DNA of 64,000 bases from Mobula hypostoma (lineage: Eukaryota): positions 244,468,001-244,532,000 of the forward strand of contig NC_086097.1 of assembly GCF_963921235.1 (NCBI RefSeq), in the 5' to 3' direction. The notes beneath the pieces were generated by a model. That model had not been told where the DNA came from. It searched no databases and worked only from the letters and a program-made list of their open reading frames with translations. Both the position numbers and the translations under genes were made by a program. Positions 12,148-23,325 of this stretch are shown here, one piece after another. Position 1 is the stretch's first letter; each line of letters opens with the position of its first letter.

Positions 12148-13692
12148 CAGGTTTCCCCCGCCATCCGAAGGTAGAGCGTTCCTATGAAACGGTTCGTAAG
12201 CCGGAATGTCGTAAAGCGAAGAAGTAATTACCATTTATTCATATGGGAAAATTTTGTGAGCATTCGCAGACCCAAAAATAACCTACCAAATCATGCCAAA
12301 TAACACATAAAACCTAAAATAACAGTAACATATAGTGAAAGCAGGAATGATATGATAAATACACAGCCTATATAAAGTAGAAATACTTTTCCACAATCAT
12401 TACTGCACTGTTCTCCGTACCGAAAATCTCACGCAAGTGCTGTTAGCAAAAACACAGCGCAAGCACTCTCCAGTAACCTTTAAGCTATGAAGCTGCCAAA
12501 TCATACCAAATAACACGTAAAAATACACAGCCTATATAAAGTAGAAATAATGTGTAGTATCACTTACGGGAATTGGGAAGACAGCGCAGAGCACACTGAT
12601 GAAGGTGTGTTAGGCTGAGTCGTCGGAGTTTGGGTGGTGCAGTGGCCCCCACCCTCCAGGCCGCTGACCGATACATTGCTGCGAAGCACGCAGGGGTACA
12701 GCGGTAGCCAGGAGGCACATAGCACATCTTTAAGAAAAAAGCCGAAGTAAACAAGCTAATTAATTAGGTGCCGCCCAGCACGTAACTGTCGGCCTAGATC
12801 AGAGGTGACACAATCGGCAATCGTCTCTGATCTGGGCCGACAATTACGTGCCGGGCAGCACCTAATTAATTAGCATGTTTGTTTTGGCTTTTTTCTTAAA
12901 GATGTGCAGGATGCCTCCCTGCTACCGCTTCATTCTCCGCGAATCGGTGTCTGTCCACGGCCTGGAGGTTGGGATAGTGGGACGCTGGTGTGTCATCTGT
13001 TTCCATTAGGGCAGGCAGCTCATCTTCTCCTATGACTGCCTGCCTCGATATTGAAGGTCGAGGTTCGTCGTCTGCTGTGGCTGATGTGGAAGGCTTGCTT
13101 GACTGCCGAGCCTCGCGCATTTTTCTATCACACAGTTCTTTGTAAGCACTCAAACCATCCTGCAAATGTGCCTTAAGCCAACATACCCTTTTAAAATTTA
13201 AGTCGTACTTTATCATTACTCATTCGGTTTCGATTGCTATCCTTTCCTCTTCTAATTGCATCAGCTCTTCATCTATCAGTTCTTGGTCATGGGATGCCAA
13301 AACCTCTTCAACATCATCTTCATCAGCTTCCACAAGCCAAACTCACTTAGTCCTTACTTCATTCACCACGATCGAAACGCTTAATTATGTCTAGTTTTAC
13401 GCTAAGTGTTACACCCTTACGAGCTCTTTCAGGCTTTTCCAATACCATAGAACTCATCTTGCAAACGGCTGCTCACAGGCACGTGTTTAAGCAATGCCGG
13501 AGAGAATCCAGGGGAGAGCGGCTGCTCAGGGCGCGCGCTGTCTTTTTTATCACACGCTGCTTTTTTTATTGCACGCTGCCTTTCTTCGTAACAGCGCAAA
13601 CACCTTCTGTTAGCGAAAACAGGGGAGTAATGTAGGTCTTTCGTAAAAGTGAGGTTTCGTAAAGCGAACGTTCGAAAAGCGCGGGACACCTG
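12148..13692 (-). mobile_element. Tigger/pogo-family DNA transposon, internally deleted, non-autonomous
   Basis: TIRs CAGGTTTCCCCCGC / GCGCGGGACACCTG, flanked by TA on both sides. Minus-strand remnants RARKGVTLSVKLDIIKRFDRGE (CENP-B-like N-terminal HTH) and EADEDDVEEVLASHDQELIDEELMQLEEE (acidic C-terminus). Confidence 0.85.
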
Positions 13693-13782
13693 TAATTTTA
13701 TGTTTCTGCACTGTACTGCTACCGCAAAACAACAAAACTCATGCTATATAAGACTGTGGTTATACATCTGATTCTGTGTCTA

Positions 13783-14693
13783 CAGTGGATTCCTGTTAAT
13801 TGAGCCATCATTTAATCTGGGCAGCTGCTTATTTGGGCCAACTCTTAAAGCACAAAAACTAATTGAGAACATAGCCAGGATTCCCTTTGTTTATTTGGGA
13901 CATTGTGCTGCTTAATTGGGACACAAGACTGTTGTTGAACTGCTGCTAACTAGTGTTAGTCATAGGCACTTGCATCACTGTTAGACACTACACTGTGTTC
14001 GGAACAAACAATTTTTAAATAGCGATAATTTGGATGGTTGCATTTCGGGTCCACTTGATCTGAAACAGGAGTGTGTGGGCCATGGCAATCAAAGCTCAAA
14101 CTGGGCATGGCACCTGATGATGATCATGTGTTCAAAAAGCAGTGATTTTTGTCATTTATAGTTGACAAGAAATAATAAGCAGTAAAACAATTCTGAACTG
14201 TTTTGTTCACAACAGTTACAAGGATTCAGGCTTGGAGATGCCGGAAACAGCCAGGAGTTAAAATGAAACTATCTCACTACTTCAGCAAGTTACCATTTAT
14301 GAAGAATTTGGAAGTATCAACAATCACCTTGACTGTTACAATGAAAATGAAGATTTGGAAGATGCAATCGTCGATAGCATTGTATGAAGGCAGTTCATTA
14401 TCTGCACTATTTGTTTGCACTAGCTTTGTTCATTTAGTCAATCAAAAGAACACGGGAGAACTTCATCCATCAATAAGTATTAGGAACTAATACACGGATT
14501 TATAGTACTGTAGTAGTGTTCTAATTTGTTCTGCATTTCATTTAAATACATAATTTGTTACTCAAATGGTATTTTGTCTTTTTTTTAAATAGCTTTTTAA
14601 TTGCTTCCATGAAGCCTTGGCTAATCGGGGCAACCACTTAATTGGGCCAAAATGTACTGGTCCCAATGTGTCCCATTTAAATGGAATCTACTA
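13783..14693 (+). mobile_element. Second Tc1/mariner-superfamily (Tigger-like) non-autonomous element
   Basis: TA-CAGTGGATTCC...GGAATCTACTA-TA imperfect TIRs; truncated second copy at about 63263-63570. Confidence 0.7.
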
Positions 14694-15220
14694 TATATGT
14701 GGTACAACACTGCCACCTATTAATGTAAAGCCATAACACATAACAATCTCAGAAGTCCAATCAAAATCATTTGAAGATAGTTTGAAAACTGTGCCTTTGC
14801 TTAAAACCTGAGCTGAGTAAAATAGTCCTTTTATACTACATTGGAATCGGGATTGAGATTTTCTGACTTTTGGTAATCAGAATGCCATTAGTTTCTCCAT
14901 AATTATGGAGGATGACAGATCTGCTTCTTGGGTTGAGGTTTTAAGTTGTAGAAAGGCCAATTTTGATGGTATGACAAAGGATCTGTCAGGTGTGGATTGG
15001 GAAAAGTTGTTTTCAGGCAAAGGTGCACGGTGAGTGGGAGGCCTTCAAAAGTGAACTTTTGAGAGTACAGAATGTGTATGTTCCTGTCAGAATAAAAGGC
15101 AAGGATAACAGGTTTAGAGAACCTTGGTTGTCAAGAGACATTGAGGCTCTGGTTAAGAGGAAGAAGGTGCCCAGCAGGTACAGACAGGAAAGAACAAATT
15201 AGGTACTTGAGGAGTATAAG

Positions 15221-16600
15221 AACATGAGAACATAAGAAATAGGAGCAGGAGTAGGCCATCCGGCCCATCGAGCCTGCCCCACCACTCAATAAGATCATGG
15301 CTAATCTGTCTGTAAACTCAGCTCCATCTACCTGCCTTTACCCCATAACCCTTAATTCCCTTACTATGTAAAAACCTATCTAACTGTATTTTAAATATAT
15401 TTAGTGAAGAAGCCTCAACTGTTTCCCTGGGCAGAGAATTCCACAGATTCACCACTTTCTGGGAAAAACAGTTTCTCCTCATCTCCATCCTAAATCTTCT
15501 CCCCGAATCTTGAGGCAATGTCCCCTAGTTCTAGTCTCACCTACCAATGGAAACAACTTTCCGACTTCTATCTTATCTATCCCTTTCAAAATTTTGTATG
15601 TTTCTATAAGATCCCCTCTCATTCTTCTGAACTCCAGAGAGTATAGTCCCAGGCGACTCAATCTCCCCTCATAGGTTAACCCCTTCATCCCTGGAATCAA
15701 CCTGGTGAACCTCCTCTGCACCGCCTCCAAAACCAGTATATCCTTCCTCAAGTATGGAGACCAGAACTGCCCACAGTACTCCAGGTGCGGCCTCACCAGT
15801 ACCCTGTATAGTTGCAGCATGACCTCCCTGCTCTTGAATTCAATCCCTCTAGCAATGAAGGCCAACATTCCATTTGCCTTCTTAATAACCTGTTGTACCT
15901 GCAAGCCAACTTTTTGTGATTCATGAACAAGCATTCCCAAGTCCCTCTGTACAACAGCATGCTGCAATCTTTCACTATTTAAATAGTAATCTACTCTTCT
16001 ATTATTCCTTCCTAAGTGGATGGTCTCGCATTTACCAACGTTGCATTCCATCTGCCAGACCACTCACTTAACCTATCTATATCTATCTGCAGACTCTCCA
16101 TGCCCTCTGTACAATTTGCTTTTCCAATCAGTTTAGTGTCATCAGCAAATTTTGCTATGCTACACTCAGTCCCCTCTTCCAAATGGTAAACAGCTGTGGG
16201 CCCAGCACCAATCCCTGCGACACTCCACTCACCACAGACTGCCAACTGGAGAAACACCCCTTTATACCAACTTCCTGCCTTCTGTCGGTTAACCAATCCA
16301 CTATCCATGCCAATACACTTCCTCTGACTCCATGCATCCGTATCTGATTTGTAAGTCTCTTGTGTGGCACCTTATCAAACGCCTTCTGGAAATCCAAGTA
16401 TATAACATCCACTTGTTCCCCTCTATCCACTGTACTCATTATGTCCTCCAGTAAGTTTGTCAGACAGGACCTGCCCTTTCTGAATCCATGCTGTGTCTGT
16501 CTAATGGAACCACTCCTTTCTAAATGTTTCGCTATTTTTTCCTTAATGACAGCTTCAAGCATTTTCCCGACTACAGGTGTTAAGTTAACTGGCCTACAGT
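15221..16600 (-). mobile_element. CR1 LINE RT and 3' end
   Basis: ORFs 16155..16562 (YLDFQKAFDKV), 16012..16308 (FADDTK) and 15479..16063. Confidence 0.88.
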
Positions 16601-16870
16601 TGGTCGCTAGTCCAACACCCTTGACCTGAAGGTCGTGGGTTCAAGCCTCAGCCGAGGCAGTGTGTGTGTCCTTGAGCAAGGCACTTAATCACACAATGCT
16701 CCAGTCTACCCGGCTGAGAATGGGTACCGGCAAAAATGCTGGGGGTTAACCTCGCGATAGACTGGCGTCCTATCCAGGGCGGGAGTCTCGTACTCTCAGT
16801 CACTTCACGCCACGGAAACTGGCATAAGCACCGGCCTGATGGGCCACAAGGCTCGTGACAGATTTTTTTT
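16600..16870 (+). mobile_element. tRNA-derived SINE with conserved central domain (CORE/Meta-SINE-like)
   Basis: B-box GGTTCAAGCC, central GTCCTTGAGCAAGGCACTTAA, T-rich end. Confidence 0.65.
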
Positions 16871-18639
16871 TAAAAATCTCTGGTGAGGGACATTAAAGGT
16901 TGGGCTTGGGGTTTTTGTTGGGGAAGAAGACAGAAGCTGCTGGAGAGGAGAGGTTGTAGGAGTCAACCCAGAGCAGGGCCATGATTCGACGAGGTCCGGG
17001 GGAGATCGAGGGAGGATTGGTGAAGGGGAAACTGTGAGCTCCAACTTATGCATGTTAGACCGTTTCATTAAAATGGAATTAAGAAGGAAATTAGGAGGGC
17101 TAAAATTTTGAAAGGGATAGATAAGATAGAAGTAGAAAAGTTGTTTCCATTGGTAGGTGAGACCATATGTGCTATTTATACCATGTGCTATGTGCGGAGT
17201 GTTGTATGCGTTTCGTTATTTGGCCCCAGAGGAATGCTATTTTGTTTGGCTATATTCAAGTATGGTTGAATGATATTTAAACTTGAACTTGGACTTGCCC
17301 TGCTTGAAGACCCTGAGGACTCTTTTCCCTTGGTGTTGGAGAAGTTTCCAATTTGATGTCAATAAGTTGGAAAGGATACAGAAAAAAATTACAAGGTTAA
17401 TACCAAGATTGGAGGGCTTGCGATGTAAGGAGAAGTTTGATTCACTTGAGCTTTTCTCATTGAAGAGTAAGAGCTAAGGCCTCCTACTAACTGAGGTTTT
17501 TAAAATCATCCGAAGGATGGATGAGGTAGATGGCCACAGTCTTTTCAAAGTTCAAAAGTTTAAAATAACTTTATTTTAAAAGTTTGATGTTTGTGCGATT
17601 GAAGATTCCTGTACCTTCTTCCAATTGACAGCAGCAGGAAAAGAGTAAGACTTGGATATTGTGGGTCCCTAACGGTGTACTTTCCCAGGGTACAAAAACA
17701 TAAAACGAAAGAACATAGATTTAAAGTGAGAGGGCTAAACATGGAACGTTTGATGGCTCTGGCTCTGTACTCACTGGAATTCACAAGGATGAGGGGGATC
17801 TTATTGAACCTTTGGAATGTTGAAAGGCCTAGACAGAATAAACGAGGAAAGGATATTTCCCATGGTGAAAGTCTAGGACAAGAGGACACAGCCTCGGGAT
17901 AGAGGGGCGCCATTTCAAAGCAGAGATGTGGAAAAATTTCTTCAGCCAGAAGGGTGGTGAATTTGTGGAATTTGTTGCCACATGCAGCCGTGGAAGCCAG
18001 GTCTTTGGGTGTATTTAAGGCAGAGATTGATAGGTTCCTGATTGGACATGGCATCAAAGGTTACAGGGAGAACGCCGGGAACTGGGGTTGAGGAGGAGAG
18101 AAAAAAGGGTCAGCCATGATTGAATGGTGGAGCAGACTCGATGGGCCAGGTGGCTTGATTCTGCTCCTATGTCTTAAGGTCTTTATTACAGAACTAGGGG
18201 ACATTTCCTCAAGATTCAGGGGAGATGATTTAGGACGGAGATGAGGAGAAACTGTTTTTCCCAGAGAGTGGTGAATCTGTGGAATTCTCTGCCCAGGGAA
18301 GCAGTCAAGGCTTCTTCACTAAATATATTTAAGATACAGTTTGATAGGTTTTTACATAGTAAGGGAATTAAGGGTTATGGGGAAAAGGCAGGTAGATGGA
18401 GCTGAGTTTACGGACAGATCAGCATGATCTTATTGAATGACGGGGCAGGCTCGAGGGGCCGGATGGCCTACTCCTGCTCCTATTTCTTATGTTTTTTATG
18501 TAAAAGACGGCATGAGGTTGTTCCAGCAGACAAGGTGAAGGAGAATCTCAAGGCCTTCTAGAGATTCATTAGGGCAAAAGGACTGGAAGGGACAAAATTG
18601 GTCCTCTTGAAGATCAGAGTGGTCATCAAAGGGGAGGGT

Positions 18640-18860
18640 AACATTAACTCAGACCATGAGAGGCCTGCGTCGGGCATTTTCATGCCTTACAAGGCGCAGA
18701 TTGGAAGTCTGTGTGGGGCGCCACTCCTTGCACAGACTAGAGCAATGTGTGATTAAGTGCCTTGCTCAAGGGCACAAACACGCTGCCACAGCTGAGGCTT
18801 GAACTAACAACCTTCAGATCACTAGACGAACACCTTAACCACTTGGCCACGTGTCCAACA
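18640..18860 (-). mobile_element. tRNA-derived SINE
   Basis: Minus strand A-box TGGCCAAGTGG, B-box GTTCAAGCC, same central domain as the 16600 element. Confidence 0.75.
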
Positions 18861-20225
18861 AAGCAAAGCAACAAAGCAACGTGGTCATCAAAGCATGGAG
18901 CCAAGAGAGATGAGGGAGATCTTAAATGGATTTTCTTTTTTTTTGCATTTGTCGTTACTCAGGAGACAGACACAGAGTCTACAGAAGTAAGGCAAAACAG
19001 CAGTGCAATCCTGGACCCTATACAGATTAGAGAAGAGGTGTTTGCTATCCTGTGGCAAATTAGGGTGGATAAATCCCCAGGGCCTGACAAGGTGTTCCCT
19101 CAGACCTCATGGGAGGCAAGTGCAGAAATTACGGGGGCCCTAGCAGAGATATTTAAAACGTCATTAGCAGCGGGTGAGTTTCCAGAGAATTGATGTTGTT
19201 CCGTTGTTTAAGAAAAGTTCTAAAAATAAGCTGGGAAACTATAGTCTGGTAAGCCATCAGTAGTGGGTAAGTATTGGAAGATATCCTAATACCCATAGAC
19301 AGCGACTGATGAGAGGTAGTCAACATAGCTTTGCACATGGTAGGTTCTGTCTAAACAAACTAACAGAGTTTATCAGGGAAGTTACCAGGAAAGCTGACGA
19401 AAGCAAGGCAGTGGATGTTGTCTACGTGGACTTTAGCGAGGCATTTGACAAGGGATGGGATGCTGGTCAGGAAGGTTCAGTTGCTTGTCATTCAATATTA
19501 GGTAGTAATTTGGATTAGACTTTGGTTTCACAGGAGAAGCCAGAGAGTTGTAGTAGATGGTTGCCTCTCTGACTGGAGGCCTGTGACAAGCAGTGTGTCA
19601 TATATATCAATGATCTGGATGATAATGTGGTAAACTAGATTAGCAAATTTGCAGTTGACATCAAGATTAGGGGTGTAGTGGCAGAGAGGAACGCTATCAA
19701 AGCCTGCAGTGAGATCTGGACCAGCTAGAAAATATGGGCTGAATATTGGCAGACGGAATTTAATACAGTAAGTGTGAGGTGTTACACTTTGCGAGGACAA
19801 CCCAAGGTAGGACTTGCATGGTGAACGGTAAAGCACTGAGGTATGCGGTAGAACAGAAAGATCTGGGAATACAGATCCATAATTCCTTGAAATTGGTCAT
19901 GGGTTGATAGGTTCATAAAGAGAGCTCTTAGCACATTACATCCATATATTGAGTACAGGAATTGGGATGTTATGTTGAAGATGTATAAGATATTAGTGAG
20001 GCCTAATTTGGAGTATTGTATACAGTTATGGTCAACTTGCCCACAGGACATATATCAATAACATTGACAGAGTGCAGAGAATACTTTAAAGGATATTGCC
20101 AGGACTTGAAGACCTGAGTTACAAAGAAAGGTTGAATAGATTAGCTTGTTATTCCCTGGGGCATAGGAGAATGGGGGAGATTTTATAGAGCTATACAAAA
20201 TTATGAGGGCTATAGATAGGGTAAA

Positions 20226-20600
20226 TGATGTTGTGGGGATGGAACTGGACTCTCTCACGGTGGTGTCTGAAAAGAGGATGCCGTCCAAGTTGCATGCCAT
20301 CTTGGACAATGTCTCCCACCCACTATATAATGTACTGGTTGGGCACAGGAGTACATTCAGCCAGAGACTCATTCCACCGAGATGCAACACAGAGCGTCAT
20401 AGGAAGTCATTCCTGCCTGTGGCCATCAAACTTTACATCTCCTCCCTTGGAGGGTCAGACACCCTGAGTCAATAGGCTGGCCCTGGACTTATTTCCTGGC
20501 ATAATTTACATATTACTGTTTAATTATTTATGGTGCAACTGTAACGAAAACCAATTTCCCTCGGGATCAATAAAGTATGACTATGACTGTGACTATGACT
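20226..20600 (+). mobile_element. Rex1/L2-like LINE 3' end with (TATGAC)n tail
   Basis: ILDNVSHPLY...RCNTERHRKSFLPVAIKLY; AATAAA plus microsatellite tail; related copy at 37010-37275. Confidence 0.75.
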
Positions 20601-20909
20601 AAATGGCTTTTTCCACTGAGGTTAGGTGAGAATAGACTTAGAGGTCATGGGTTAAGCGTGAAAGGTGAACATGATGAGGAACTTCTTTGCATTGAGGGTG
20701 GTGAGTGTGTAGAATGAGCTGCTAGTGGAAGTAGTGGATTCAGGTTCGATTGCAACACTTAAGAGAAATTTGGATAGTACATGATGGGAGGGGTATGGAG
20801 GTCTATGGAGTGTGCAGGTTGATGGACTAGGCAGAATAATAGTTCAGCACAGATTAGATGTGCTGAAGGGTCTGTTTCTGTGCTGTACTGTTCTATGACT
20901 CTGTGACTC

Positions 20910-21525
20910 AAAAGAAGGCGTATGGTGTGTTGACCTTCATCAACCGTGGGATTGAGTGTAATAGCCGTGAGGTAATGTTACAGCTATACCTTAGACAGAC
21001 CCCACTTGGAGTACTGTGCTCAGGTCTGGTCGCCTCACCCCCATAGAAAGGGTGCAGAAGAGATCTGCAAGGATGTTGCCTGGATTGGAGAGCATGCCTT
21101 ATGAGAATAGGTTGAGTGAACTTGGCCTTTTCTCCTTAGAGCGATGGAGGATGAAAGGTGACCTGACAGAGGTGTATAAGATGATGAGAGGCATTGATCA
21201 TGTGGATAGTCAGAGGCTTTTTCCCAGGGCTGAAATTGCTAATGCAAGGGGGCATAATTTTAAGGTACTTGGAAGTAGGTACAAGGGGGATGTCAGAGTA
21301 AGTTTCTCACACAGAGAGTGGTGGGTGCGTGGAATACACTGCCAGCAAAGGTGGTAGAGGCGCATACAATAGGGTCTCTTAGATAGGTACATGGAGCTTA
21401 GAAAAATAGAGGGCTATGCAGTAGGGAAATTCTAGGCAGTTTCTAGAGTAGGTTACATGGTCGACACAACATTGTGGGCCGAAGGGCCTGTAATGTGCTG
21501 TGGATTTCTATGTTCTATGTTCTAT
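20910..21525 (+). mobile_element. CR1 LINE 3' fragment
   Basis: ORF 21016..21357; (TTCTATG)n tail. Confidence 0.8.
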
Positions 21526-22149
21526 GACTCAGAGCTAAATGGATTTGTTCGTTCCGTTGGCATGCTGCTGGAGGATGGTGCTCAACACAGTTTGTGGATG
21601 GGACTCTGCAGTTCATGTTATGATGTGTTTCTGGTTTCTGGTCACTCCTTTTTAAATTAACATTTCACGTGATTTTGATCGGAGTAGATTGGCTCTGCAG
21701 CCTGCAGGCAATGAATGACACCGTGCTAAACTGAACTGAACTAAACTGAACATTCTTAGACTGTTCCAATGATTCTGTGATATTTTATATTCTGTGTTTT
21801 GCTGTTTGCGCGATTTGTTCTCTTTTTTTTGCACATTGGGTATTTGATGTTTTCTCTGACTGAGTTCCATGATGTTTCTTTGTTTAGTGACTGTCTGTGG
21901 GAAGACAAATCATACAACCTTTAACAATAAATGTACTTTGATTTCAATAAATAAAAAATGTGACTCTGTAGCTCAAGTCTATGAATTAAATTAACCTTGT
22001 TGATCCTTCAACCATTGTTCAGTAAATCCATAAACACGAGGAATTCTGCAGGTGCTGGAAATTCAAGCAACACACATCAAAGTTGCTGGTGAATGCAGCA
22101 GGCCAGGCAGCATCTCTAGGAAGAGGTACAGTCGATGTTTCGGGCCGAG

Positions 22150-22183
22150 GTCCTGACGAAGTGTCTCGGCCTGAAACGTCGAC
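22150..22183 (+). ncRNA. Minimal type I hammerhead ribozyme motif (stem II partly mutated)
   Basis: GTC-CTGACGA-AGTGTCTCGGCCT-GAAA-CGTC-GAC; predicted cleavage after C22180. Confidence 0.7.
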
Positions 22184-22240
22184 TGTACCTCTTCCTAGAG
22201 ATGCTGCCTGGCCTGCTGCGTTCACCAGCAACTTTGATGT

Positions 22241-22274
22241 GTCCTGACGAAGGGTCTCGGCCCGAAATGTCGAC
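22241..22274 (+). ncRNA. Minimal type I hammerhead ribozyme motif (core intact)
   Basis: GTC-CTGACGA-A-GGGT-CTCG-GCCC-GAAA-TGTC-GAC; predicted cleavage after C22271. Confidence 0.8.
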
Positions 22275-23029
22275 TGTACCTCTTCCTAGAGATGCTGCCT
22301 GGCCTGCTGCGTTCACCAGCAACTTTGATGTGTGTTGTCAGTAAATCCATGCAGTTAGCAAGATAATTTGAAAATTGCTTTGTGCTAAAGCTGCACAATT
22401 ATTGTGTCTGAATGTGATCCCGTGTAGATCAGCTGGTGGGGCTACTTGCAGACATTTTAAATTTCTCCCTACTTCAGTCTGAGCTTCTCACCTGCTTTAA
22501 TAGCAAAATCATTCTGGTACGGAAAAAAATTAAGGCATTGTGCCTTAATAACCACCGAAAGGTGGCACTGACATCCACCATCATGAGGTGCTTCCAGAGA
22601 TTCCCTGTTCTGTCTGCACACTGCATGCATTTTGAATTATATTTTATTAACTTATTTACAGAAATATTTTGATTTATGTGCTGTGCATGATATATGTTTT
22701 GTGGGTGCACCATGGTACGGAGGAACCAGAGGTTGATAGATTCTTGTTTGGTCAGGGTCATGAAGGGATACGGGGAGGAAGGCAGGAGATTGGAGCTGAG
22801 AGGGAAAATGGATCAGCCATCTTGAAATGGCAGAGCAGACTCTATGGGCCAAATGGCCCAATTCTGCTCCTGTATCTTATGGTCTTAATGTTTCAGTTGG
22901 TTGTATAAATGTACAGTAAGATGACAATAGATTTGAACTTGTAGAGGGAAGTACACAGTCAACATTGCAGGTCAAGGATCTCAGCTTCCTAATCCACTAT
23001 GTTCCTCCAGAACCTTGTTTGTTGCCAAT

Positions 23030-23325
23030 TAAAGGTGAGCTTTATTTGTCACATGTGCATCAAAACATACAGTGAAGTGGGTCATTTGCGTCTACATCCA
23101 ACACAGTCCAACAATGTGCTGAGCGCAGCCCACAGTTGTCCCAATGCTTCGGGTACCAACATAGGTTGCCAGAATTTACGGACCCCAACCCATGCATCTT
23201 TGGAATGTGGGAGGAAACCGGAGCAGCTGGAGGAAACCCACAAGGTCACAGGGAGAACTGACAAACTCCTCACAGACAGCAGTGGGAATTGAACCTGCAT
23301 TAAAGTGTTACGCCACCATGCCACC
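23030..23325 (-). mobile_element. V-SINE-type element (further copies about 43670-43950, 55060-55240, 59090-59320)
   Basis: GTGGGAGGAAACCGGAGCA.C.GGAGGAAACCCAC is the reverse complement of the V-domain; tRNA-like head. Confidence 0.7.

Larger units (their letters stand above)
14830..20900 (+). mobile_element. Old CR1 LINE broken by multiple nested insertions
   Basis: Collinear ORF2 pieces at 14830-15220, about 17075-17105, 18501-18630, 18880-20225 and 20600-20900 (KSPGPD, VDVVYVDFSEAFDK, 3' tail). Confidence 0.75.
22032..22337. mobile_element. Non-autonomous Penelope-derived mini-insertion: inverted partial terminal repeat plus two tandem 91-nt hammerhead units
   Basis: Flanked by TSD TCAGTAAATCCAT (22019-22031 and 22338-22350). 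22032-22149 is the reverse complement of the repeat; direct units start at 22150 and 22241. Confidence 0.85.

Noticed and set aside
18780..18860. tRNA-like sequence with A and B boxes (also 47225-47305)
   Set aside because: Runs directly into a SINE core and lacks a clean acceptor stem; it is a SINE head, not a tRNA gene.
22019..22344. Recurrent short ORFs (MLVNAAGQAASLGRGTVD... and ...DAAWPAAFTSNF) also at 7456 and 63509
   Set aside because: Incidental translations of the Penelope terminal repeat, not a protein family.
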